From Demequinaceae bacterium (GTDB taxonomy: Bacteria; Actinomycetota; Actinomycetes; Actinomycetales; Demequinaceae), in the NCBI GenBank assembly GCA_965250005.1, contig OZ252279.1, forward strand, positions 750,001 to 782,000: DNA of 32,000 nt, written 5' to 3'. The notes under the pieces are model-generated. The model saw only the letters and a program-made list of their open reading frames with translations. It did not search any database and had not been told where the DNA came from. The translations under genes and the position numbers were made by a program. Positions 1 through 10,486 of this stretch are shown one piece after another (position 1 is the stretch's first letter; each line of letters opens with the position of its first letter).

Positions 1-825
1 GCCGGCCCCTTAACGTTCGGTGCGCTCACCATCGCGGCGATCGCGTTGTTCACTCTCCCAGCCCTCGCTAGGACAGCTAATGTTCCCTCAGCTGCAGGCA
101 CAGTGCTCGATCTCTCGCACAATGCGTTTGTAGTCGAGTGCATCTTGGTTGCAGGCGGAGCTGCCGTACTGCTGCGCAGAAACCGCGCAGCCTCGCTGGG
201 ACTGATCTCAATCGTGGCTTCGCTCGCGGCGGTTCTTCCGATTCTCATACTCGCCAGCGGCTCCACGTGGTCGACGTTTTCGTATTATCCCGCGAAGCTC
301 CTGTTGTTTGCGGCAGTCGTTATCGGCCTGCTCGGCATAGGGCTTGCGGGCTTTGCGGTTGGGCTGCTGCCTTGGCGGGTTCTGTCTCGCCGTGCGCGCA
401 CGGCCACGCTCGCGGCAGCGATGCTCGCGGCGATTGCTGGAGTCGTCCTCACGCCAGTTGGGCACGCATTCGCGACTGGCCCGGTCTTTCGGATGCTGAA
501 CTCAGAGTTCTACGGCTCCGAGGAATTCATCGAGAGGACTTTCGAGTACACCGACGACGACGTGCTCCGGCTTGCTTGGCGCATCGACGGCGACCACGAG
601 TACTACTCCAACTTCATCCTGATCAACCTCAGCCCAGGCGCGAGCGTCGGGGCTGGCGGATTGCGCTGGATTGCTGTTGCTCAGAAACCGGGGACCGTCG
701 CGAGCCTGTGCGACATCGCCCGAGAATCAACGCTGCCCGTCATCGCCATGACAGACGACCCGGCACTGGCCAGCGAGGTCGCTGCCGAGTGCCCTGAGTT
801 CGGCATCACTGTCGAACGGCGCTAA
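1..825 (+). CDS. Hypothetical multi-pass membrane protein, probably 5'-truncated by the window edge
   Basis: The frame is open from base 1 (AGPLTFGALTIAAIALFTLPALA...). It has several hydrophobic helices followed by a soluble C-terminal domain. The ORF track begins at a TTG at 46, but the frame continues upstream. Confidence 0.6.
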   Translation, partial: AGPLTFGALTIAAIALFTLPALARTANVPSAAGTVLDLSHNAFVVECILVAGGAAVLLRRNRAASLGLISIVASLAAVLPILILASGSTWSTFSYYPAKLLLFAAVVIGLLGIGLAGFAVGLLPWRVLSRRARTATLAAAMLAAIAGVVLTPVGHAFATGPVFRMLNSEFYGSEEFIERTFEYTDDDVLRLAWRIDGDHEYYSNFILINLSPGASVGAGGLRWIAVAQKPGTVASLCDIARESTLPVIAMTDDPALASEVAAECPEFGITVERR

Positions 826-829
826 CTCC

Positions 830-1344
830 CTACTCGTCCGCGCGCACGAACGCGTCGGGGGGCGGCTCCTGGATCAGCGCGAGGTGCATGGCGACGTCGC
901 CCTCGACCGCGTAGACCACGTAAGTCGCGAACCACCCCAGGTAGCCGTCGACGGAGAAGTAGAGGTAGCAAACCGGCACAGCAACCTGATCGAGGTCGGC
1001 ATCGCAGTACGTGCCGAGACCCTCGACGCCGTCGATTGCGAAGTAGTCAGCAACCGCAACAGCCAAGCCGGGCACCCCCTGCGCGTCGCCGTCGTCGTAG
1101 CACGCGAGGAAGTTGAACGGGACGGCGTCTTCGCCTACAGCCGCGCTCTGCGCGCAGTCGATGTCCTCGACGTCGAGCGAGCCTGTTCCCGGGTTCACCA
1201 GGAGTTCGGTCGCCGCAAAATAGAGGTCCGACGGCGGCACTACCTGATCGAGCGCGGGATTGGACGAGGACAACTGCTGGCAGCCCGCGCCGCGAGCGCG
1301 CCCGCGATCAACAAGCCCGCGCCGCGGGCAACTCCAGCAAACAT
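830..1344 (-). pseudogene. Putative secreted protein or lipoprotein, apparently frameshifted within the signal peptide
   Basis: ATG at 1344 lies 5 nt after the leuA stop, with upstream GGAAAGG. It encodes MFAGVARGAGLLIAGALAARAASSC, a signal-peptide-like sequence. The long mature frame 830..1273 (...LSSSNPALDQVVPPSDLYFAATELL...) is in another frame. Removing one base near 1283-1290 would give MFAGVARGAGLLIAGALAAGCQQLSSSNPALDQ... Confidence 0.45.
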
Positions 1345-1349
1345 GTTCC

Positions 1350-3176
<1,827 letters not shown>

Positions 3177-3190
<14 letters not shown>

Positions 3191-3227
3191 GGCAACGAAG
3201 GAGCAGCGATAGCTGCGGTGCGCGCAT
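3177..3227 (-). CDS. Putative leucine leader peptide MRAPQLSLLLRCRDEA (16 aa) upstream of leuA
   Basis: Codons ATG CGC GCA CCG CAG CTA TCG CTG CTC CTT CGT TGC CGT GAC GAG GCT TAG. There are 4 Leu in 5 consecutive codons. The stop codon lies inside a hairpin. A TAGAGT -10-like hexamer is 6 nt upstream of the ATG. Confidence 0.65.
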
Positions 3228-3311
3228 TTCGCCACTCTAGCCGATACGCGCAGATGTGGGAGGCATCGGGAGCGGTTTTCTCGGCCCACGCTCGCCAAGC
3301 GCGACCGGAGG

Positions 3312-4259
3312 CTAGAAACCCATCCGTCCCAGCTGCTTGGGGTTGCGCTGCCAGTCTTTGGCGATCTTCACCCGCAGGTCCAGGTACACGCGCGTTCCGA
3401 GCAACGCTTCGATCCCAGCGCGCGCCTCGGTGCCGACCTCTTTGAGCCGCGAACCCTTGTGCCCGATAATGATGCCCTTTTGGCTATCGCGCTCGACGTA
3501 GATATTGACGCGGACGTCGGCCATGGGCTCGCGCGGATCGTCCGCAGCCTGCGGGTGCGGCGTGACCTCCTCCACGAGCACCGCGAGCGAGTGAGGCAGC
3601 TCGTCGTGGACGCCTTCGAGCGCCGCCTCGCGCACCAGCTCGGCGATCATGATGTGCTCGGGCTCATCCGTCATCTCACCGTCCGGGTACAGCCGGGGCC
3701 CCTCCGGCAGGCGCGCGATCAGCAGATCCCCAAGCAACTGGACCTGCTGGTCCTTGACCGCGGACGTCGGGATGATCTCCGCCCAGTCCGCCATCGCGCT
3801 CACCGCCATCAAATGTTCCGCCATGCGGTCCGGCCCCACCTTGTCCGCTTTGGTCACGATCGCGATCACCGGCGCCTTCAGATCCGCGAGCTCGCGCGCG
3901 ATGAACTTGTCGCCTGGCCCAACCTTCTCGTCCGCCGGGAGGCAGAACCCGATGACGTCCATCTCGGCCAGCGTCTCTCGCACCAGCGCGTTGAGTCGCT
4001 GACCCAAGAGCGTGCGCGGCTTGTGGAGCCCCGGGGTGTCTACCACCACTAGCTGCGCGTCCGGCCGGTTGACGATGCCCCGGATGACACGCCGCGTGGT
4101 CTGCGGACGGTCGGACATGATCGCAACCTTGGTTCCCACGAGCGTGTTCATGAGCGTGGACTTGCCTGCGTTCGGGCGGCCGACAAAGCAAGCGAAGCCA
4201 CTTCTATGGCCGGGAGGCGTGTCTTGTCCGCGCATCGCTGGTGCTTCACTCATGTGCAT
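3312..4259 (-). CDS. era: GTPase Era
   Basis: GRPNAGKSTLMN (G1), DTPG (G3) and TKAD (G4), plus a C-terminal KH-like segment VNIYVERDSQKGIIIGHKGSRLKEVGTEAR. The start may be the second Met, at 4253. Confidence 0.96.
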   Translation of the reverse strand: MHMSEAPAMRGQDTPPGHRSGFACFVGRPNAGKSTLMNTLVGTKVAIMSDRPQTTRRVIRGIVNRPDAQLVVVDTPGLHKPRTLLGQRLNALVRETLAEMDVIGFCLPADEKVGPGDKFIARELADLKAPVIAIVTKADKVGPDRMAEHLMAVSAMADWAEIIPTSAVKDQQVQLLGDLLIARLPEGPRLYPDGEMTDEPEHIMIAELVREAALEGVHDELPHSLAVLVEEVTPHPQAADDPREPMADVRVNIYVERDSQKGIIIGHKGSRLKEVGTEARAGIEALLGTRVYLDLRVKIAKDWQRNPKQLGRMGF

Positions 4260-5499
4260 CCTCCGGGTCGCGCGCGGCCACGATCCACGCGAGTGCGCGT
4301 CGTCGGCCGGCCGTGCGGTCGGCAGTCAGGATAAGCCCGTGCGAGGCTGCGCGCGCGCCCTCGATCGGTACGGTGCCCAGCGCCTTGGTGAGTAGGCCGG
4401 CGGCCGTCTCCACATCGTCATCGTCAATTTCCATGCCAAAGAGCTCGCCCAACTCGTCCAGCGGCAGTCGCGCAGGAACCAGGAATGCGCCCCCTTCGAG
4501 AGGTTTGACCACGGGCTCGGCGGCATCGTGCTCGTCCACCAGCTCGCCCACGATTTCCTCGAGCGCGTCCTCGATGGTCACGAGCCCGGCCACTCCCCCA
4601 AACTCGTCCACGACGATCGCCAAGTGGGATACCTCCCGCTGCATGGTGCGAAGCAGATCGTCCACCGGCACGGACTCGGGGATGAATAGCGGCTCGCGCA
4701 TGTACCCGTCTACGGCGTGGGTCAGGTGGTCGTCCTTCTGCCACGTCCGGCTCAACACATCCTTGAGGTACAGCACGCCGAGGATGTCGTCGCCCGTGTC
4801 TCCTACCACTGGGATTCGCGAGAATCCCGACCGCAGGAATAGTTTGATGGCGCGCGCCACCTCGGTGCTGCCCGCCACCGTCACCATGTCGGTGCGCGGC
4901 ACCATGACCTCGCGCGTGAGCGTGTCACCCAGGTGCACAACCGACCTCAGCAGTTCCGCGTCCTCATCCTCGAGCGTGTCGCGGGCCTGCGCCACGAGGT
5001 CGCTGGCCTCCGCGAGCGGCGGCAGCCGTAGGGACGGCACGAAAGCGCGCACGGGCGCCGATGCAATAATGAGCAGCGCCGCGCCCGGCCCAGCGAGGCG
5101 CACCGTTCCAAGCGGGTAGCGGCGGCCCAACTGGCGCGGGATCGCCCGCACCACCATGAGCGAGAAGAACGCCGCGACCACGACCGCTCCCGCGACCGTC
5201 CATGGCGATTCCAAACCAAGCGCGGCCCCCGTTTCGATTGCGAGGAACGCCCACGTCACTAGCGCCACCGCTTCGGCAATCGCGTACGCGACCGCGGCGG
5301 AGTTGAGAGTACGCCCCGTATCGCGCGCGAGCCACGCTGTGATGGTCCTGCGACCGTCAGGCCTGCGCGCCTTGGCAAGTTCCTCCTCGATCTGTGATGG
5401 CAGCTGCTCGAACGCGGCAATCAGGGCGTGCAACGTTGACGACGCGAGTAGGCCCAGGGCGCACGCGCCAATCAGCCAGCCGATCGCAGCGGCGGTCAT
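4246..5499 (-). CDS. CNNM/CorC (HlyC)-type membrane protein with CBS and transporter-associated domains
   Basis: N-terminal membrane helices, then REVMVPRTDMVTVAGSTEVARAIKLFLRSGFSRIPVVGDTGDDILGVLYLKDVL and HLAIVVDEFGGVAGLVTIEDALEEIVGELVDEHD. Confidence 0.93.
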   Translation of the reverse strand: MTAAAIGWLIGACALGLLASSTLHALIAAFEQLPSQIEEELAKARRPDGRRTITAWLARDTGRTLNSAAVAYAIAEAVALVTWAFLAIETGAALGLESPWTVAGAVVVAAFFSLMVVRAIPRQLGRRYPLGTVRLAGPGAALLIIASAPVRAFVPSLRLPPLAEASDLVAQARDTLEDEDAELLRSVVHLGDTLTREVMVPRTDMVTVAGSTEVARAIKLFLRSGFSRIPVVGDTGDDILGVLYLKDVLSRTWQKDDHLTHAVDGYMREPLFIPESVPVDDLLRTMQREVSHLAIVVDEFGGVAGLVTIEDALEEIVGELVDEHDAAEPVVKPLEGGAFLVPARLPLDELGELFGMEIDDDDVETAAGLLTKALGTVPIEGARAASHGLILTADRTAGRRRALAWIVAARDPEDAHE

Positions 5500-5531
5500 G
5501 ACTTCCCGTTGGTCATACGGTGGGATCCGCG

Positions 5532-5984
5532 CTACGCGCGGTCCGAGAGGAACGTCAGCAGCAGCTTGCGCTGAAGCGCGAACATCTCGGCCTCTTCGTC
5601 TCTCTCCGCATGGTCGTAGCCGAGTAGATGCAGCATGCCGTGCACCGTCAGCAACAACATCTCCTCTTCTCCGGTATGCCCGGCGGCCGTGGCCTGGCGC
5701 TCAGCAACCGCGGGGCACAGCACCACGTCGCCCAGTAACCCCGCCGGGGTGGGCTTGCCCTCAGTTCCCGGGCGCAGCTCGTCCATAGGGAAGGAGAGCA
5801 CGTCCGTAGGCCCCGGCTCGTCCATCCAGCGGACGTGGAGCTCCTCCATGGCAGGTTCGTCCACGAACATGATCGCGAGATCCGCGCCCTCCGCGACGTG
5901 CATCTCCTTCAGCACGAACGCCCCAAGCGCCGCGAACTCCGCCTCGACGAGGCTCGCGTCAGTCTCGTTGTTGACGTCGATCAC
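5532..5984 (-). CDS. ybeY: Endoribonuclease YbeY
   Basis: Contains the zinc motif HGMLHLLGYDHAERDEEAEMFALQ and GPTDVLSFPMDE. Confidence 0.96.
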   Translation of the reverse strand: MIDVNNETDASLVEAEFAALGAFVLKEMHVAEGADLAIMFVDEPAMEELHVRWMDEPGPTDVLSFPMDELRPGTEGKPTPAGLLGDVVLCPAVAERQATAAGHTGEEEMLLLTVHGMLHLLGYDHAERDEEAEMFALQRKLLLTFLSDRA

Positions 5985-7060
5985 GCGTCTGCGTCCGTTG
6001 CCTCGGCACTGCGGGCCGGTCCTTTGACCTTGGCCTTTGGTACCCGTGGGTTGCGCTGCTGACCGCTTCCATAGCTCACACCGCGCGACGCATCGTCCTT
6101 GGCATAGGCCGTGATGATGTCCCCCACGAGGCGGTGCCGTACCACGTCCTCAGCGCCCAGCTCGATCACAGCGATGTCGTCAACCATGCCAAGGATGTCC
6201 CTGGCGACGTTGAGGCCCGAGTCAGTGCCGCCGGGAAGGTCCACTTGTGTCACATCTCCGGTGACCACCATCGTCGTGCCAAATCCCAGTCGTGTCAGGA
6301 ACATCTTCATCTGCTCGCGCGTGGTGTTCTGCGCCTCGTCCAGGATGACGAACGCATCGTTGAGTGTGCGCCCGCGCATGTACGCGAGCGGCGCCACCTC
6401 GATGGTGCCGGACTCAATGAGCTTGGGGATCGACTCCGGGTCGATCATGTCGTGTAGTGCGTCGTAGAGCGGCCGCAGGTACGGGTCGATCTTCTCGCTG
6501 AGCGTTCCCGGCAGAAAGCCGAGCCGCTCCCCCGCCTCGACCGCGGGCCGCGTCAGAACGATGCGATTGACCTGCTTGGCCTGGAGCGCGGCGACGGCCT
6601 TGGCCATAGCTAGGTAGGTCTTTCCCGTTCCCGCCGGGCCTACCCCCAGCGTCACGGTGTGTGACTCGATGGCCTCGACATATGCGGCTTGCCCGCGTGT
6701 CTTGGGCCGGATGGTGCGACCGCGAGTCGCGAGGATCGACCGGCTCAGCACCGCGACCGGCCGCTCCTGATCCGCGGGCGCGACGCCACCTGACGCTGCG
6801 CCGAGCATACGGACGGTTTCCGCCGCAACGGCAGGCGTGAGGTCCACTCCCGCGTCTAACACGGCACGCAGCTCTTCGATCGCGAGCGCGACGTCCGCCA
6901 CGCGCTCAGCATCGCCGGTGAGCGCAATATGATTTCCCCGCACGTGAATGTCTACATCGGGGAACTGCTTCTCGAGCTCGCGCATCACCGCGTCGCCCGT
7001 GCCCATGAGCTCTGGCATCGTTGCGGCGTCCTCGATCACCACGACGCGGGATTCGTTCAC
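5981..7060 (-). CDS. phoH: PhoH-family ATPase
   Basis: [19 protein letters not shown] (Walker A), [43 protein letters not shown] start at 7060 overlaps the preceding HIT stop (GTGA). The longer ORF from 7171 is an upstream extension. Confidence 0.94.
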   Translation of the reverse strand: MNESRVVVIEDAATMPELMGTGDAVMRELEKQFPDVDIHVRGNHIALTGDAERVADVALAIEELRAVLDAGVDLTPAVAAETVRMLGAASGGVAPADQERPVAVLSRSILATRGRTIRPKTRGQAAYVEAIESHTVTLGVGPAGTGKTYLAMAKAVAALQAKQVNRIVLTRPAVEAGERLGFLPGTLSEKIDPYLRPLYDALHDMIDPESIPKLIESGTIEVAPLAYMRGRTLNDAFVILDEAQNTTREQMKMFLTRLGFGTTMVVTGDVTQVDLPGGTDSGLNVARDILGMVDDIAVIELGAEDVVRHRLVGDIITAYAKDDASRGVSYGSGQQRNPRVPKAKVKGPARSAEATDADA

Positions 7061-7401
7061 GCGCTGTCCCACTTGATCTCGCGACCGCCAAGCACGTGGG
7101 CGTGAACGTGGAACACGGTTTGCCCGGCGTCGGCGCCGGTGTTGAACGCGAGCTGGAACTGGCCGCCGCACTCGGCATCGGCTACCTGTTTGGCGACGGC
7201 GACCACCTCAGCCAATAACTCGGCATCCTCTGCCGCCAGCGTGGGAACGTCGGGAATGTGCGCCTTGGGTATCACGAGAACGTGCGTAGGCGCCTTGGGC
7301 ACAAGGTCGCGGAATGCAAGCACCGTGTCCGTCTCCGCGACTTTGTCGGACGGGACCTCTCCGGTGATGATGCGGCAGAACAGGCAGTCGGGATCGATCA
7401 T
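7057..7401 (-). CDS. HIT-family (HINT-like) nucleotide hydrolase
   Basis: CLFCRIITGEVPS at the N terminus and the histidine triad QTVFHVHAHVLGG. Confidence 0.94.
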   Translation of the reverse strand: MIDPDCLFCRIITGEVPSDKVAETDTVLAFRDLVPKAPTHVLVIPKAHIPDVPTLAAEDAELLAEVVAVAKQVADAECGGQFQLAFNTGADAGQTVFHVHAHVLGGREIKWDSA

Positions 7402-7426
7402 GGCTCTAGCGTATTGCGCTCACGCG

Positions 7427-8548
7427 CTAACGACCAGAAAAGGCGCCGCGCAGCCGACCAAGCAGGCCCGCATTCGCTGGCGCGAGCCGCGTCTGCGGCA
7501 TGTCCTCGCCACGCAGGGTGGAGAACTGGCGGACCAGTTCTTTCTGCTCGGCGGTCATGCCAGTGGGGGTTTGCACATCCAGGTGCACAAAGAGGTTGCC
7601 GCGTCCCGTGCGCTGCAGGCGGTTGACTCCCAGCGACTTGATCTTGACGGTCTCTCCTGATTGCGTTCCCGGCCGCACATCAACCTCGCGCTCACCGTCA
7701 AAAGTCTCCACCTTGAGGACCGTTCCGAGCGCGGCTGCCGTCATGGGCATCTCGAGCGTGCAGTGGATGTCGTCCCCACGCCGCTCAAAGAACTCGTGCG
7801 GCTTCTCGCGAATCTCAACGTAGAGGTCGCCCTTGGGTCCGCCCGCCACGCCAGCGTCGCCGTAGCCGGCGAGCCTGATCCGGGTGCCGGTCTCGACGCC
7901 GCCGGGAATGTCTACCGTCACGGTGTGCCGGGCGCGCGTGCGGCCCTGCCCCGAGCACTCAGGGCACGGCGAGGAGATGGTGGTGCCGAATCCCCCGCAC
8001 GCGGGGCACGGCGCCGTGGTCATGACCTGCCCAAGGAGGGATCGCGCGACGCGCTGCACGGATCCCGCACCATTGCACTGCTTGCACGCATCGGGTTCCG
8101 TCCCTGGAGCGCAGCACGAGCCGGAGCACGTCGCGCACTCGTCGGCGACGTCTACTTTCACGTCACGCGCCACGCCAAAAACCGCCTCTTCAAGCGTCAC
8201 GGTGGTGTGGATCAGCGTGTCGCCGCCGCGCTGTGTGCGCGAGGCCGGGCCGCGCCTGCCGCCGCCCGGCCCGCCGAAAAACGTCTCAAAGATATCCTCG
8301 AACCCGAAGCCTGCGGGCCCCGCGCCGCCGCCGCGTTGGGTCGGGTCCATGCCGCGGTCGTACATCGCGCGCTTGTCGGGGCTAGTGAGGATCTCGTACG
8401 CCTGGGAGACGTCCTTGAACGCCTCCTCCTCGCCATGCGTTCCGCCAGCGTCGGGGTGGTGCTCACGCGCCGCCTTGCGATAGGCCTTCTTGATGTCCGC
8501 ATCGCTGGCGCCACGCTCGACGCCAAGAATCTTGTAATAGTCCTTCAC
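7427..8548 (-). CDS. dnaJ: Chaperone DnaJ
   Basis: J domain KDYYKILGVERGAS...YRKAAREHHPD, G/F-rich region and four CxxCxGxG-like zinc repeats. Confidence 0.96.
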   Translation of the reverse strand: MKDYYKILGVERGASDADIKKAYRKAAREHHPDAGGTHGEEEAFKDVSQAYEILTSPDKRAMYDRGMDPTQRGGGAGPAGFGFEDIFETFFGGPGGGRRGPASRTQRGGDTLIHTTVTLEEAVFGVARDVKVDVADECATCSGSCCAPGTEPDACKQCNGAGSVQRVARSLLGQVMTTAPCPACGGFGTTISSPCPECSGQGRTRARHTVTVDIPGGVETGTRIRLAGYGDAGVAGGPKGDLYVEIREKPHEFFERRGDDIHCTLEMPMTAAALGTVLKVETFDGEREVDVRPGTQSGETVKIKSLGVNRLQRTGRGNLFVHLDVQTPTGMTAEQKELVRQFSTLRGEDMPQTRLAPANAGLLGRLRGAFSGR

Positions 8549-9564
8549 TTCTCCACCACTCTTGAGAGATACCGCGCTACAGCACGCACTGCAGCCATTG
8601 TCCCTGGATAATCCATGCGCGTTGGACCGAGCGCACCCAGCAGCGCCGCATCCGGACCGGCGCCTCCGTAGCCAGCGGCCACGATCGACGTGCCCTTGAG
8701 GGCGTCACTGCGGGTCTCCTCTCCGATGCGCACGCTCACCTCCGCGGCGTCCTGCGCCATCTCGTGAAGCAACCTGAGTAGCACCACCTGCTCCTCGATC
8801 GCCTCAAGCACAGGCGCGATCGCATCCTGTTCGAAGTCATTGCCCGACCGCGCCAGGTTGGACGTGCCCGCGAACACGACCCGCTCGATGGTGCCGCCGC
8901 GCGCCGAGGCCACCACCGCGTCAGCGACCGCGGAAGCCCACGGGACCTGGCCTGAGCGCACGGCCCATGCTTCGAGCGCCCGCTGCGCTGTCGCCGGCCG
9001 CTGGCCCACAGCCGCCTCGTTCGCTTCACGCGCGACGCGGTCGAACTCTTCGTCTGAGACTTCGCCACCGAGTGCAACCGTGGCCTGCTCCACCCGGGCG
9101 TCGGCCGAGACGACAACCACGAGAGCACGGTCCAGGCCCATGCGGACCAGCTCTACGCGGCGCACCTCGGACTCGCGCAGCGACGGGTACTGAACAACGG
9201 CCACCTGGCGGGTGAGTTGGCTCAGGAGTTTGACAGAGCGCTCGACCACCTCACCCAGGTCAACGGCGTCGGAAAGGAACGTGTTGATGGCGCGGCGATC
9301 GCCCTCGCCGAGCGCGGATGACGCGAGGTGGTCGACGAAGTACCGGTAGCCCTTGTCGGTCGGGATGCGCCCGGCCGATGTGTGTGGCTGCGCGATCAGG
9401 CCCTCTTCTTCTAGCGCGGTCATGTCGTTGCGGATAGTCGCGGACGACACATCCAACTGGGACTGCGAGGCGAGCGCAGTTGACCCCACGGGCTCGCTGG
9501 TCGACACGTAACCCTCAACGATCGCGTGCAGCACGGCAAGCCGACGTTCCTCCGACACCTGCAC
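8545..9564 (-). CDS. hrcA: Heat-inducible transcription repressor HrcA
   Basis: ERRLAVLHAIVEGYVSTSEPVGS...SSATIRNDMTALEEEGLIAQPHTSAGRIPTDKGYRYFVDHL. 4-nt overlap with dnaJ. Confidence 0.96.
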   Translation of the reverse strand: MQVSEERRLAVLHAIVEGYVSTSEPVGSTALASQSQLDVSSATIRNDMTALEEEGLIAQPHTSAGRIPTDKGYRYFVDHLASSALGEGDRRAINTFLSDAVDLGEVVERSVKLLSQLTRQVAVVQYPSLRESEVRRVELVRMGLDRALVVVVSADARVEQATVALGGEVSDEEFDRVAREANEAAVGQRPATAQRALEAWAVRSGQVPWASAVADAVVASARGGTIERVVFAGTSNLARSGNDFEQDAIAPVLEAIEEQVVLLRLLHEMAQDAAEVSVRIGEETRSDALKGTSIVAAGYGGAGPDAALLGALGPTRMDYPGTMAAVRAVARYLSRVVEK

Positions 9565-9571
9565 CTCCGCG

Positions 9572-9598
9572 CTGGCACTCGTAACGATTGAGTGCAGA
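9572..9598 (-). promoter_or_regulatory. CIRCE element (HrcA operator)
   Basis: Plus strand reads CTGGCACTC-GTAACGATT-GAGTGCAGA. The 9-bp arms and 9-bp spacer match TTAGCACTC-N9-GAGTGCTAA at 7/9 in each arm, with a perfect GCACTC/GAGTGC core. It sits just upstream of hrcA, next to a minus-strand TAGAAT (9603-9598). Confidence 0.87.
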
Positions 9599-9655
9599 TT
9601 CTATCGCGCCTGTCGGACGTCACGGGGTGAGCGGTACGTTTGTCCCGGAGGCAAC

Positions 9656-10006
9656 ATGAACTATGACAATCTGGGCGGCGCCGACACGATGGCCGCCGGA
9701 GTCGCGCAAGTAGGCGCCATCTTCGGCCCGTTCATCCCCTTTCTGATCTGGCTGAGCCGACGGCGTGAAGAACCCGTCTCCGCTCGCGAGGCGGCCACGG
9801 CCACCAACTTCGGAATGTTCGTCTTCGTCGTCTTCGTTGCCGCAACCACCGTGCGCCTATTTGTGCCATGGCTGGGTGTACTCGGTACAGTGGGACAGTT
9901 GGCCATTGTGGCGTCCGCCGCAGTGTTGTGCGTTCAGGCGTACAGCTCGGTGCACAAAGGAGTGCCAGCTACCTATCCCATCGACATCAAAGTGGTGAAA
10001 ATATGA
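9656..10006 (+). CDS. Small DUF4870-like membrane protein (paralog 1)
   Basis: MNYDNLGGADTMAAGVAQVGAIFGPFIPFLIWLSRRREEPVSAREAATATNFG... with three hydrophobic helices. RBS GGAGG is 5 nt upstream. Confidence 0.65.
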   Translation: MNYDNLGGADTMAAGVAQVGAIFGPFIPFLIWLSRRREEPVSAREAATATNFGMFVFVVFVAATTVRLFVPWLGVLGTVGQLAIVASAAVLCVQAYSSVHKGVPATYPIDIKVVKI

Positions 10007-10335
10007 GTGCAGCAATATCGGCAGAAGACAAGAGCCAGGCGAAACTTGGTCACATCCTCAACGGGTTCTTCCCGTTGGTTGGAGGCCTCATTATTTGGCT
10101 GATGGGCAAAGACAAGAGCACGTTCATCGATGACCAAGGCAAGGAAATGGTCAACTGGGGAATCACGATCGCGTTCGGCTACGTCGCCGCCGGGATCCTG
10201 TCGTTCACCGGGATCGGTCTGCTCCTGTACCCCGTGCTGTGGATCGGAGCCATCATCTTTGGCTTCATCGCAGGTGGCAAGGCTGGCGAAGGTGAGAAGT
10301 ACCGTTACCCGTTCGCCGTTCGCCTGATCAAGTAG
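10003..10335 (+). CDS. DUF4870-family membrane protein (paralog 2)
   Basis: KLGHILNGFFPLVGGLIIWLMGKDKSTFIDDQGKEMVNWGITIAFGY...YRYPFAVRLIK is typical of the family. The ATG overlaps the previous TGA (ATGA). Confidence 0.85.
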   Translation: MSAAISAEDKSQAKLGHILNGFFPLVGGLIIWLMGKDKSTFIDDQGKEMVNWGITIAFGYVAAGILSFTGIGLLLYPVLWIGAIIFGFIAGGKAGEGEKYRYPFAVRLIK

Positions 10336-10369
10336 CTCCAACCGTGCCGCGCGCAAGCGCGGAACATCA

Positions 10370-10411
10370 ATGATGGCCCGCACCTAGTTTCAGTTGGGTG
10401 CGGGCCATCAT
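10370..10411. terminator. Strong stem-loop, probable transcription terminator
   Basis: ATGATGGCCCGCACC (10370-10384) pairs perfectly with GGTGCGGGCCATCAT (10397-10411), a 15-bp stem with a 12-nt loop. Confidence 0.7.
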
Positions 10412-10486
10412 GCTTCTTGGGGATGAGGGTCAATTTCGGGGAAACCCCTGATGGCGGGGGCGGTCGCGGCGTGCGACCATTGACAC

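Noticed and set aside
4241-5119. 292-aa plus-strand Ser-rich ORF antisense to the CNNM gene
   Set aside because: Ser/Arg-rich shadow of conserved CBS-domain codons.
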